This document shows, piece by piece, positions 19,074 through 28,771 of a DNA stretch of 56,699 nucleotides. The position numbers were made by a program, and so were the translations under genes. The notes under the pieces were generated by a model. That model made no database searches. It was not told where the DNA came from and saw only the letters and a list, made by a program, of their open reading frames with translations. Position 1 is the stretch's first letter; each line of letters opens with the position of its first letter. The stretch is from a virus (Duplodnaviria; Caudoviricetes): positions 1 through 56,699 of IMG/VR virus record IMGVR_UViG_3300046000_011464, one strand, 5' to 3'.

Positions 19074-20360
19074 TTACCATTTCTTGCAAGACCAATAATT
19101 AGCTTTCCAACGTGGTCCTGGGTTAGCGCAGTTATGTCTTGCTCTATAAGCTGCTCTTCTTTTAGGGTTTTTGGCTTTAATTACCATTCTTTTACCTTTA
19201 GCAGATTTACCACCAAAGCCAAAGTTAACTTTAACTACTTTACCCTTATTATTTTTAACATATACCTTAAATTTCTTAATATCACCTTGCATAATTTTAC
19301 CTAAGGTAACTTTACGACCCTGATATTCAGCTTCAGTTAAGGTTGATTCAGATAACTGTTTAGTATATTCTTTTAGAAAAGAAATAAATTCTTTTAAATC
19401 TTGTTCGTTTTCAACATCATATTCATCTATTTCTTCAGTAGTTTGACTTTCAAATATTTCAGGATTTTCACGTCCAAATTCTCTCATTATTACCCCTGCC
19501 ATTGCATTAGCTTCATTTTCAGTATCAGAACCATCTTCTCCATTTAATTCATTACCATTTAAATTTTGCATATGATGAACTAATTCATGAGCTAATGTTC
19601 TTAAAATATCAGCCATATTTCGATTATGAACTACTATTTTTATTTCTTGCTCTTGTGGGTAATATCCTCCAAAACTTTTATGTTCTTGTGAGTATGTTGG
19701 AGAATTAATAACAAAAACTTTAGGTTTATCCACATTTAATTTATCACAAGTATAATCAACAAATTTATCTATTAATGGAGCTTTTTGTGGGGTAAAGTTT
19801 TCATGTAATATAGGGCCAGGTTTAAATTCGTCTTTAGAGTAAATAGAAAATATTTGTTTAGCATCAATACCTTTAGGTAAAAATGTTTGTATATCTTCTA
19901 AATCTTTATTTCTGATAGCTGTTCTTAAATCCGTAGCATTAAAGTTTTCGGTAGTACCTGCATCAACTATTTGAACATTAGAGTATTTTTCTCTATCTTT
20001 ATCAATAGCAGCATATCTACTTCTTTCTCCTTTACCATAAAGTACAATAAAATCTCTTGATTTGTCTTTTATAATATCAAATACTTCACTTACAGGAGAT
20101 GATTTAGTTGCAACTTTTATTTCAACATTTGAAGGTAATAAATCTTTATATAAAGACCAAACTTCCATTGATTGTTCAGGTGTGAATTCATCTTTAGGCA
20201 CATTAGACATTATTACAATTACTTCATCAGCAATTTCAGAAGCTTTATTGACAACATTAAAATGTCCTTGGTGTGGTGGTTTAAATTTACCAGGATACAA
20301 AGCTACTATTGGAGTAGATTGTTCTAATAGTTCTTGTACAATTTCTTGACCTATATTCAT
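19074..20360 (-). CDS. HxGH nucleotidyltransferase (PPAT/NMNAT/cytidylyltransferase-like) fused to an HExxH metallopeptidase-like domain and a basic C-terminal domain
   Basis: YPGKFKPPHQGH, NATDLR; ILRTLAHELVHHMQ...ENEANA; KKFKVYV...RARHNC...YWSCKKW. Confidence 0.75.
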   Translation of the reverse strand: MNIGQEIVQELLEQSTPIVALYPGKFKPPHQGHFNVVNKASEIADEVIVIMSNVPKDEFTPEQSMEVWSLYKDLLPSNVEIKVATKSSPVSEVFDIIKDKSRDFIVLYGKGERSRYAAIDKDREKYSNVQIVDAGTTENFNATDLRTAIRNKDLEDIQTFLPKGIDAKQIFSIYSKDEFKPGPILHENFTPQKAPLIDKFVDYTCDKLNVDKPKVFVINSPTYSQEHKSFGGYYPQEQEIKIVVHNRNMADILRTLAHELVHHMQNLNGNELNGEDGSDTENEANAMAGVIMREFGRENPEIFESQTTEEIDEYDVENEQDLKEFISFLKEYTKQLSESTLTEAEYQGRKVTLGKIMQGDIKKFKVYVKNNKGKVVKVNFGFGGKSAKGKRMVIKAKNPKRRAAYRARHNCANPGPRWKANYWSCKKW

Positions 20361-21112
20361 TAAATAAAATTTTGAATTTTAGACTTTGCAGAACTTATAC
20401 CATCAAATTTAGGTAAAGTTTTTACCATTGATTCGATATCTTTATTTAATTGATCTTTTTCAGCTCTTGATTTAGCCATTTCTTCGGGTGTTTTAGGTTT
20501 TCCTATAGCAGAAGAAGCTTGTGTAAATGGTTTAACTAATTCAGGACTAAATTCTTTATTTGCATTTTCAGAATCATTATTTAATAATATAAAATTATCT
20601 CCAAATGCTTGCTCGTACACACCGATGTTTTTATTAACATCTCTCCAAGTACGTAAAACAATACCAGGCATTAAACTTCTATCACGTTCTTGATTACGTT
20701 CAAGTGAAGTTAAAGGTGAAACATAAATCATTAACATAAATGTTTCGTACCCTAAATCCTCTAATTGTTGTTTTTTCTTTAAAACCGGACCTGAAGCAGC
20801 ACCAGTTCCATCGATAATAATATTATTTTTATCTTCGATGGATTGTGCTAAGGTATCTTGTGTTGTTTTTCGAGCTTGTGCTTGTAATTTAGCTGCTTGT
20901 GATAATTGATCAGGAGTAAAATCTTTTTGTTTTAAACCTATACCACTTGCTTTTAAAAGTTCTTCATAAGTGTCATCTGAATTAATGACTTGATATGATG
21001 AAGGTAATAACTGTTTTGTTAAAGTAGATTTTCCACTACCAGCAGGTCCTGCTAAAAATATAGCTTTAGGTGTACCTTTTATTTCTTTTAATAAAGTAGC
21101 TAATTTAATCAT
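20360..21112 (-). CDS. P-loop kinase (zeta-toxin/AAA_33-like)
   Basis: PKAIFLAGPAGSGKS, INSDD, IIIDGTG, SLERNQERDR. Confidence 0.8.
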   Translation of the reverse strand: MIKLATLLKEIKGTPKAIFLAGPAGSGKSTLTKQLLPSSYQVINSDDTYEELLKASGIGLKQKDFTPDQLSQAAKLQAQARKTTQDTLAQSIEDKNNIIIDGTGAASGPVLKKKQQLEDLGYETFMLMIYVSPLTSLERNQERDRSLMPGIVLRTWRDVNKNIGVYEQAFGDNFILLNNDSENANKEFSPELVKPFTQASSAIGKPKTPEEMAKSRAEKDQLNKDIESMVKTLPKFDGISSAKSKIQNFI

Positions 21113-21135
21113 TTTTCTATTATTGATATAAATAT

Positions 21136-21900
21136 TTACACTTCCCTTTTAACTGTAGTTCTTAATGTTAAAATATGTGGTTTGGGAATAGGATTTTCTA
21201 AATCAAATAAAGCTTTAACATTATTGAAAATGCTTAGGTTTTGTTCTTGTGATCTATCTGATTCAACTATTTCCCAGTTTTTACCTTTTAATCTTTTACA
21301 GGTTTTGTCTTCACCTCTAGAACGAGATTTTAACCATAAGATACCATAACGATTTATTTTCTTACCAAAACATTCCTCATAACACTGACCATAAACAGCT
21401 GTTTGTAGATCGTATGTTGTTTGTAAGTGATTAGAAGTTTTTAAATCTATAACCCATAATTCACCATTAATTTCAACAATTAAATCACAGGTACCTGCTA
21501 CTCTTAAAGTATCGGAAAATAAATGAACTTCAGTTTCAATTAATGTAGGTTTAACAGTTTCCCAAAAATTAACAAAATTTAAAAACATTGACCATACGTG
21601 AGGGGGATATGCAGGATTACCATATTGATTTAAAAATGAACATTCTTTTCCATTTAAATAATCTTCACACAAATTATGAGTTTGAGTACCTTCTTCAGCT
21701 GCTTTTTTTACAATGTATTCTGAGGCGTAACCTACCTTTTTTAACCAGTCTTCAAAGTGTTTTCCTTTTGGATAATAAGATAAAACGTGTGTTACTGAAG
21801 GATAATAATCTCCATTTCGTCTGTAAAACCTTGAATCTGGGAGAGTGATCATTTTAAAGTCATCTGAAATTTGGAGAATTCTGTCGTAAGATTTTTTCAT
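21136..21900 (-). CDS. PD-(D/E)XK exonuclease
   Basis: YPSVTHVL, GTQTH, AGTCDL...VIDLKTS, QTAVY. Confidence 0.85.
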   Translation of the reverse strand: MKKSYDRILQISDDFKMITLPDSRFYRRNGDYYPSVTHVLSYYPKGKHFEDWLKKVGYASEYIVKKAAEEGTQTHNLCEDYLNGKECSFLNQYGNPAYPPHVWSMFLNFVNFWETVKPTLIETEVHLFSDTLRVAGTCDLIVEINGELWVIDLKTSNHLQTTYDLQTAVYGQCYEECFGKKINRYGILWLKSRSRGEDKTCKRLKGKNWEIVESDRSQEQNLSIFNNVKALFDLENPIPKPHILTLRTTVKREV

Positions 21901-22835
21901 TAGTTTACTTCTAATTTGAGTGAAAAAAGATCAGAAAATGTAAATTCTTGAGAATTTTGTACTAAATGTGTAAAATGTTCGAAGCCCATATCTGATGGAT
22001 CTTTACCTTCTAGTTTCACAACATGTAATTTCTTTCCTGAGTGGAGTAGATCTCCTGCAATCTTAAGTGTACTTTTTAAAGCATCACTATCTAAAGCTAA
22101 GTATATGTCTTTAATATTATTAGACAATAGTTTTTTAGTTAACTGTTTTGACATTGTTTTACCATATAAAGGTATAGCATTTCTTTTAATAGCAATCGCG
22201 TCAAATGCTCCTTCACAAAGTATAACAGGTAAATCCCAATTTATTAAGTTTTCAAATCCAATTATAGCATTTTTATCAGTAGATATAGCATCATATTTTC
22301 GGGCAGGATCTTTTTCAAATGAACGAGCTATAAAATAATTTAACTTACCATTAGCATCATAATTGGGTATAATAATTTTATTAGCGTATCTTCCTACCTC
22401 ACAATACCCTATTTGATATTTGAGTATATCTGTGGGTGTTATACCGCGTTTTTTAACATAAAACAACGCGTGCCTTGCAGTAATATCTGCCTTCGATAGG
22501 TTATATAAAGGTTTATATTCCTTAGGTAATTCAACGTTAAGGTTAAAGTCTGATTGGTCTATTTTAGTTGTAGTACCTAGAATTGAATTTAATTCAGAAT
22601 ATTTTTCTCTATCTGCTTTTACAGATTTAAATAAAGAAGCAATTGTTTTACCTTTAATATCACAAGCCCAACAGTGCCAAGGATTTTCATTCTTAGTTGT
22701 TGGGACTAGATTAATTTCTAATTTAGGTTTTCTATGATTGCATAGAGGGCAGTGAAAGGCATAGTTACCTTTTGAAGTAGCATTGCCTTTTCCTAGTACC
22801 GATTGTACTAGACCTAATAATATTCCGTTTACCAT
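21900..22835 (-). CDS. DNA primase (Zn finger + TOPRIM)
   Basis: CPLCNH...WHCWAC; ILCEGAFDA; LALDSDA; KDPSD. Confidence 0.9.
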   Translation of the reverse strand: MVNGILLGLVQSVLGKGNATSKGNYAFHCPLCNHRKPKLEINLVPTTKNENPWHCWACDIKGKTIASLFKSVKADREKYSELNSILGTTTKIDQSDFNLNVELPKEYKPLYNLSKADITARHALFYVKKRGITPTDILKYQIGYCEVGRYANKIIIPNYDANGKLNYFIARSFEKDPARKYDAISTDKNAIIGFENLINWDLPVILCEGAFDAIAIKRNAIPLYGKTMSKQLTKKLLSNNIKDIYLALDSDALKSTLKIAGDLLHSGKKLHVVKLEGKDPSDMGFEHFTHLVQNSQEFTFSDLFSLKLEVN

Positions 22836-22850
22836 AACCTTATTTTTTTA

Positions 22851-23003
22851 TTATATTTCTCTTACATCAAATAATCCATCAAAAATATTAACCATTAATC
22901 TCTTTTGAGCAGCAAAAAATAATATTGCTCCATCTAAAGAAACGGATTTAATTGAATTGATAGGCTCATTTGAATTTTTTGAAAAAAGACCGTAGCGTTT
23001 CAT
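22851..23003 (-). CDS. Small hypothetical protein (50 aa), not in ORF track
   Basis: MKRYGLFSKNSNEPINSIKSVSLDGAILFFAAQKRLMVNIFDGLFDVREI*. Confidence 0.55.
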   Translation of the reverse strand: MKRYGLFSKNSNEPINSIKSVSLDGAILFFAAQKRLMVNIFDGLFDVREI

Positions 23004-23032
23004 ATAGGGGATTTTTGTGGTAATATAATAAA

Positions 23033-23494
23033 TTATTTTGAGGTATCAAAGTCTTTTTTAAAAAAACGTCCACTTATATTATCATTAAAATAAATTGATC
23101 CTTCTTCTATTACTTCATTAATGTAAAGGTATTTATCTTCATAATAAGTTAATAACTTTTTTGTAGGAACAAACATAAGTATTTCTCTTGTGAATTCATC
23201 GTGTTTACCTTCAACTAACATTTGTTTAATTGTAGGGTTAGACCCATAATAAGTTTTCCAATCAGTTTCTTTAGTAACTGTTTTTTTCTTAGAAGCTCTT
23301 TTATCAACAATTAAAGCTAGTTCTTTTTTACCTAAAGCTTTTCTTTGAACAGATATTAATTGTTTTTTACCTAAGTATTTTCTACCTGATGGAATATGAG
23401 TCACTTCATAAATAAATCCGAAAGTGTTTTCGGGCATATCTAAGAGTTCTGTTATTATTTTACCTTTATAAATCCAAGTTGGAATTGTAATCAT
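23033..23494 (-). CDS. GIY-YIG-family (Seg-like) putative endonuclease
   Basis: FGFIYEVTHIPSGRKYLGKK, WKTYYGS, FTREIL, YFNDNISG. Confidence 0.7.
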   Translation of the reverse strand: MITIPTWIYKGKIITELLDMPENTFGFIYEVTHIPSGRKYLGKKQLISVQRKALGKKELALIVDKRASKKKTVTKETDWKTYYGSNPTIKQMLVEGKHDEFTREILMFVPTKKLLTYYEDKYLYINEVIEEGSIYFNDNISGRFFKKDFDTSK

Positions 23495-23503
23495 AATTTT
23501 ATT

Positions 23504-23830
23504 CTAAATATCGTATTTAACTACAAAAACTGTATCTGTTGTTGAAGAGAGGGGGATTGGTTGAGCTAATTTAGCTACCGCTAGTAATTCACTTCTATTG
23601 TTATATAGTCCTACTGTTGTAACATAAGGAGCAAAAAATGAACCTGTAGCAAAATCTCTTAATGAACCTGAATTATCTGTTGATATAGTGGGGTTCATAG
23701 ACATATTAAAGTCATTTTCTCCTACTTTGCAACGAACTTCATTTTCATAAATGATATGTTCATTTTTAAAGCTTAGTACAGCATTTGGATCTTGCACTAC
23801 GGGTGCCGTTAAAGGGGGTGTTACAGCCAT
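23504..23830 (-). CDS. Baseplate/tail protein, paralogous to the C-terminus of 27000-28040
   Basis: YVTTVGLYNNRSELLAVAKLAQPI versus FVTTVGMYNDNNELLAVAKLSKPL. Confidence 0.7.
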   Translation of the reverse strand: MAVTPPLTAPVVQDPNAVLSFKNEHIIYENEVRCKVGENDFNMSMNPTISTDNSGSLRDFATGSFFAPYVTTVGLYNNRSELLAVAKLAQPIPLSSTTDTVFVVKYDI

Positions 23831-23833
23831 ATG

Positions 23834-26800
23834 TTAAGTTATATAATCTATTGAACAAGTTATAGTAAAAGCTTCTCCATAAACATTTCGATCTATACTT
23901 ACACGAAGTTCTGAGGGATCATCATCATTTCCAAGAATATAACTATCAGAATATATGAAAGTATTATTTCCAGTTGAATAATTATCCCAAAAATTTACAG
24001 ATGGATAGAGATTACCATTAACATCTGAGTTAAGTTCAGTATTAACACTTCCATTTATAGGATTATTACTAGTTATAGTAGCTTTATATTTAAGATTATT
24101 GCTAACATCTCTAACATTATAATTATTAGGTCTATTTATAAAACTAAGTGTAACATTTCTTTGGTTTGGATCCCCAGTAGACTGTTCATTTTGATCAAAT
24201 ATAAAATCATATGCAATAAGTAAAGGAGGTGAGGTTTGATTAGGAAATACAGTAAATGTATCACGTAAAAATCCTTGCATTGCAGGGAGAATACCATATA
24301 GAGTTGCTTGAACATTATTAACTATAACAATATATACATTATCATAAAAATTTGGTGGTGGTGGTGGTGATTCACAACTAGTTGTTATAATATTACTATA
24401 AGAAGAAGTTGATCCATTACTACAACTGTTATATGCTCTAAAATACATTATGTCATAAGGATCAGTATAAGTTCCATAATCGTCATAAAAATTAAGAGGT
24501 AATACAGAAGGAGATGAATTATTTATGGTATGAGAAGCATAACTTGAAAAATCTGACCAAGGACCATATTGAACTATAGTATGTGAAGCATTAGCTGAGG
24601 ATGAATTATAAATTAATGAATATTCAGCTTGCCAATCTTCAAAACTACAGGTTACAGGTGTAGCTGATATTAATATTGGTGAGTAACATCCACTTATTGC
24701 GCATGAAGCTGTATTTTCATAATAATTTTGATATAAAATATTAGAGCATGGGTTAAATTTATCAATTGCTCCTGAAATAAAATTTTGGGTAAAGTTTATA
24801 GTAGGACCAAATAAATTAGTACCATTAGAGTAACTAGAAGTTACTACTGAACCCGAGTAAAGACCTGAGGTAAATACTTGTTGTATCCCTGAACTAGAAA
24901 TGTATCCTGTATTTATTCCAGAGGCTGTTACACAATATGAACCTGTATATTCATAATTTCTTTTAAATATTTGTATACTTGAAGTAGAACTACTACAACC
25001 ATTAGAATCTACTGTAAAAGTAGAATAAGAACCTGAATTAAGACCATTTATATTTACTGGGGTTGTGTCAGATGAATACACAGTATTTCCTCCATCTCTT
25101 GAAGATGGTGGGGCATTTTCAGAAGCATAATAAGTATATGGAGGAGTACCACCAGTTACATTAAATATTATAGCATTAGAACATGAATTTATGTAAGATG
25201 CTGTTACTACCTGTGTTATAGCAGTTGGAGAAGTTATACTAAAAGTATTATTATAAGATTGACATTGTAAATCTCTTGAAGCTGTTATATTTAATTGATA
25301 ACTTCCTGTAGTTAGATTTGAAGCTGTTATGGTATTATTAGGAAATGAACTTAATAAAACATTATTATATATATAACTTCCTGTTGGACCTAGTAAATCA
25401 ACTACTAATCTATCAGTTACATTAGTAAATGCTATTGAAAGAGCCCCATTTATACCACCATAACATGATACATTAGATTGAGTTACACTAGCTGTTAATG
25501 GAGTATAAACTCCTAAATTTACTACTGAACTTGTTACACACTCATTTATATCTCTAGCTTGTATAGTAATAGAGCCTGTAGGTAATCCTGTAAAAGTAAC
25601 AGGGAGATTTTGATAAAGTCCTGAACCGCTTATTCTTGCTTGAACTGCTGTTCCATCAGTTTCAACATAAATTTGACCATCATTACTTGTTGGGGAACAT
25701 GGTGTTTTTAATATAGTGGTTGTATAAGATACAGGTTTATGCCAAGAATTAAATGAAGCCGAATATACAGTTTCAGTATGATCTTTAACATATATTACAT
25801 TATTAGAACTAGCAGATATAAATCCTGTAACATTAGCATTAAATATAGTACTTGAACCTGTATAACTAACCCCTCCATCTAATGAATAACTGTAGTAAGG
25901 TACTCCATAATTTATATCAAAGTTTACTTCTAGACTGCCTGTAACCCCATAACATAATTTATCTAATGTAATATTAGTTATTTCTAAAGGTAAAGAAGTT
26001 ATTTCTAAGTTTATAGAACTCGTATTACTTCTAATACTATTATAATTTCCTACTGTATAAAGTAATTGGTAATTTCCAGGTATTAATGAGGTTTGATTAG
26101 GGGTAATAGTAATTATACCATTATTTATAGTATAATCTGGAAAATTAGTACCATATATCTCTACACTAGTCGGATCTATAGCCCCACAATCAGCAAAATC
26201 ATTTGATATAATATCTAGGGTTTGAGAAGTATATTCAGTATTTCTATATGAATAATAATCATTTACAGATATTGGAGGAGCCCCTAAAACACATATATAA
26301 ATTTGATTTGTAATTACTATTAATCCTTGAGAATAAAATACATTACCGACATATGTTGAAGTATTAATATCTAAAAGATTACCTTCACCATCATCTTGGA
26401 TATTGTAAGTTGAACCTGAGATTAATATAGTGTTAGGGTATAGACCTGATCCAAATATATTTTGATCTATAGATATTACTACTATTTTACTACCTTTATC
26501 GGGGTCATATCCAGTTGTATCGTATAAACTTGATGAAATATCATATAAATTAGTATCAAAAACTGTTGGACGAATCCCTAAAGCAGAGCTACCTGTTATA
26601 GTAGGAAGGTTTCTATTAGCTGCTAACATTGACCCTGAGGTTAATGTTGATTGTTCATAATTGAAGAATGATGAAGAATGGAAAAATCGTCCTGTAAGAG
26701 ATCCTGATGTATAGTTTTGGTAATAAAGATTTTTTATAGAATTATAAATTAATCTTCTATATTCATCGTTTGAGGTTTCTGAGTCATTTATAGGATCAAA

Positions 26801-26953
26801 AGGATTTAATTGATTAATAGGTAAATTTTCACCCATGTATATTGTAATTCCATTTTGAGATAATGTAGAATTATTAACCTCCCATTGCTTATTAGCTATA
26901 TAGGAGGTTAATGTTATATCATTTGAATTTAAGGTTTTGTATGAAAAACTCAT
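23834..26953 (-). CDS. Large baseplate/tail-associated protein with Ig-like and SprB-like repeats
   Basis: Ser/Thr-rich beta repeats: NVSCYGGINGAL, VTGGTPPYTY, YSLDGG, TVDSNGC. Confidence 0.7.
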   Translation of the reverse strand: MSFSYKTLNSNDITLTSYIANKQWEVNNSTLSQNGITIYMGENLPINQLNPFDPINDSETSNDEYRRLIYNSIKNLYYQNYTSGSLTGRFFHSSSFFNYEQSTLTSGSMLAANRNLPTITGSSALGIRPTVFDTNLYDISSSLYDTTGYDPDKGSKIVVISIDQNIFGSGLYPNTILISGSTYNIQDDGEGNLLDINTSTYVGNVFYSQGLIVITNQIYICVLGAPPISVNDYYSYRNTEYTSQTLDIISNDFADCGAIDPTSVEIYGTNFPDYTINNGIITITPNQTSLIPGNYQLLYTVGNYNSIRSNTSSINLEITSLPLEITNITLDKLCYGVTGSLEVNFDINYGVPYYSYSLDGGVSYTGSSTIFNANVTGFISASSNNVIYVKDHTETVYSASFNSWHKPVSYTTTILKTPCSPTSNDGQIYVETDGTAVQARISGSGLYQNLPVTFTGLPTGSITIQARDINECVTSSVVNLGVYTPLTASVTQSNVSCYGGINGALSIAFTNVTDRLVVDLLGPTGSYIYNNVLLSSFPNNTITASNLTTGSYQLNITASRDLQCQSYNNTFSITSPTAITQVVTASYINSCSNAIIFNVTGGTPPYTYYASENAPPSSRDGGNTVYSSDTTPVNINGLNSGSYSTFTVDSNGCSSSTSSIQIFKRNYEYTGSYCVTASGINTGYISSSGIQQVFTSGLYSGSVVTSSYSNGTNLFGPTINFTQNFISGAIDKFNPCSNILYQNYYENTASCAISGCYSPILISATPVTCSFEDWQAEYSLIYNSSSANASHTIVQYGPWSDFSSYASHTINNSSPSVLPLNFYDDYGTYTDPYDIMYFRAYNSCSNGSTSSYSNIITTSCESPPPPPNFYDNVYIVIVNNVQATLYGILPAMQGFLRDTFTVFPNQTSPPLLIAYDFIFDQNEQSTGDPNQRNVTLSFINRPNNYNVRDVSNNLKYKATITSNNPINGSVNTELNSDVNGNLYPSVNFWDNYSTGNNTFIYSDSYILGNDDDPSELRVSIDRNVYGEAFTITCSIDYIT

Positions 26954-26999
26954 ATTATATTTTTCAATTTAAACATAACAATTAATATAATATTTTTAA

Positions 27000-28040
27000 T
27001 TAAAAATCTAACTTAACCCTAATAAGTGCTTCTTTTGTAAAATCTTTTGGTAGGGGTTTAGATAATTTAGCTACCGCTAATAACTCATTATTATCGTTAT
27101 ACATTCCTACAGTTGTAACAAATGTTTGTGGGTTATTAACTAGTGTTGGGTAGTAAAAATCACCACTACCACTTATCATTGAAGGATTAGTAGTATAGTT
27201 AAAATCATTATTTTTAATTCTAACAAATATATAATCAGATGTTATAGTTTCTTCACTGTTTAAAGCAAATCCACCATTTCCTCCAGCTCTATTCATAGCG
27301 TTAAATAATGCAGAATTTATTAAATCTAAGTTATTAGAATTACTAGATGTTGGAATTGATAGTTGTATTCCTCCAAAACTAGAAGATAAAGTTAAAGCTC
27401 GAGTATTTAATAAAATTAAACCTACATCTGGTAAAAATTTACCATATGAACCTGAATTAGTATATCCTGCAATTGCACTGCTACTTGGTGGGGTAGATGT
27501 AGTAGCTGAACCATTAGATCCACTTACTATATCAAATACTCTACCAGCATCACAGTATGTTAATGTAGTAACATTATTACTATTGTTAGTTAAACTAATT
27601 AATCCTGATCCTGATAAGGTTAGATTAAAAGTGCTTAAGAATAATTTTTCCTTATAATTAGCTCTATTAATATTAATTACATAAAAATCAGGTGAATTAT
27701 TATTTCCAGTTCCAAAATTAATATTAGTATTTTCATCTCCATTTATTAACGTTCTAAATTGACCATATGTAATTCTAGTTGGAGATATTCCAGGTATACT
27801 TGAATTTAAAGGTGCAGATCCTGATCCATTAACTTGCCCATAAGCTATAGAGAATTGAGGTAGTGCTGAGGTGAAAGTATTTGGATTTTGATTATATACA
27901 GGAAGATATGCATTATTATTAATTACAGTTGAAGATGTAAAGTATGAAGTTAAAGCAGTTTGATTATTACTCCATAGTGTTGAAACTATTGAATCTGAAC
28001 TCACTACAAAGTCTTCAGTATTTAAAGGTATAAAGCTCAT
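27000..28040 (-). CDS. Baseplate/tail structural protein
   Basis: Position in the structural operon, Ser/Thr-rich, VGMYNDNNELLAVAK. Confidence 0.65.
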   Translation of the reverse strand: MSFIPLNTEDFVVSSDSIVSTLWSNNQTALTSYFTSSTVINNNAYLPVYNQNPNTFTSALPQFSIAYGQVNGSGSAPLNSSIPGISPTRITYGQFRTLINGDENTNINFGTGNNNSPDFYVININRANYKEKLFLSTFNLTLSGSGLISLTNNSNNVTTLTYCDAGRVFDIVSGSNGSATTSTPPSSSAIAGYTNSGSYGKFLPDVGLILLNTRALTLSSSFGGIQLSIPTSSNSNNLDLINSALFNAMNRAGGNGGFALNSEETITSDYIFVRIKNNDFNYTTNPSMISGSGDFYYPTLVNNPQTFVTTVGMYNDNNELLAVAKLSKPLPKDFTKEALIRVKLDF

Positions 28041-28052
28041 GTTTTATTTTTA

Positions 28053-28712
28053 TTAGCTAGTTACTTTAGTTATTGTTACAGGAATTGTTACTCTAGCACC
28101 TGAATCTCTACCAATTATAGTTAAAATGGTAGATAATGAAGATTGATTACCAAATAGTGTATTAACAGTAGTTGCTGTTAAGTTTATAGTAGCTCCAATT
28201 ACAGTTCTTGAAACATTAGTTCCAATTGTTGTTGTTGAATTTAAAGTCGCAACTTCAGCTGTATTAATACCTACACCATTAAATGTAGCTAATAATCTAG
28301 AATCACCAATAGTAGCTGTATAACCTGAAGATTCAAATGTAGTTGAAGTTCCTAAGTAATTTAATGTTTGAGGTGTAATTGCTAAAGTAGCTCCTTGACG
28401 TAATGTTATAGAAGTATAACCTACATCTAATACAGGTAATTTAGCAGTACCACGTGGTAAAGTTAAAAGTTTATACTTCATAATTTGAGTCTCATCAGGG
28501 AAGGCTTCCAATATTGGCATAGCTTCAATAGCTTCACCATAAAAAGCTGATCCTGATGGATGGTTGGGGTTGTAAAGAGTATAATCAATTTCATCATCGG
28601 ATAATGAGAATTGAGTAATTCTAAATGAGCCATCATTTTTAGCTAGTAGTTCTCTACCTTTTTTAGTAAGAATTGCATCTACTGTTACTGAAGTGTTATT
28701 AAGAAATCCCAT
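28053..28712 (-). CDS. Baseplate/tail structural protein
   Basis: VDAILTKKGRELLA...ITQFSLSDDEIDY; late motif at 28735. Confidence 0.65.
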   Translation of the reverse strand: MGFLNNTSVTVDAILTKKGRELLAKNDGSFRITQFSLSDDEIDYTLYNPNHPSGSAFYGEAIEAMPILEAFPDETQIMKYKLLTLPRGTAKLPVLDVGYTSITLRQGATLAITPQTLNYLGTSTTFESSGYTATIGDSRLLATFNGVGINTAEVATLNSTTTIGTNVSRTVIGATINLTATTVNTLFGNQSSLSTILTIIGRDSGARVTIPVTITKVTS

Positions 28713-28771
28713 GTAATTTTATTATTTTTCTAATTATAAATATATGTAGTTTTAGTTTTTTTAGATTTAGT

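Noticed and set aside
20360-21112. Zeta toxin-antitoxin system
   Set aside because: No epsilon-like partner; the gene sits in a late operon and only the generic P-loop kinase fold is supported
21136-21900. Cas4/CRISPR-associated gene
   Set aside because: Lacks the four-Cys Fe-S pattern, no array or other cas genes; adjacent to primase as an ordinary phage exonuclease
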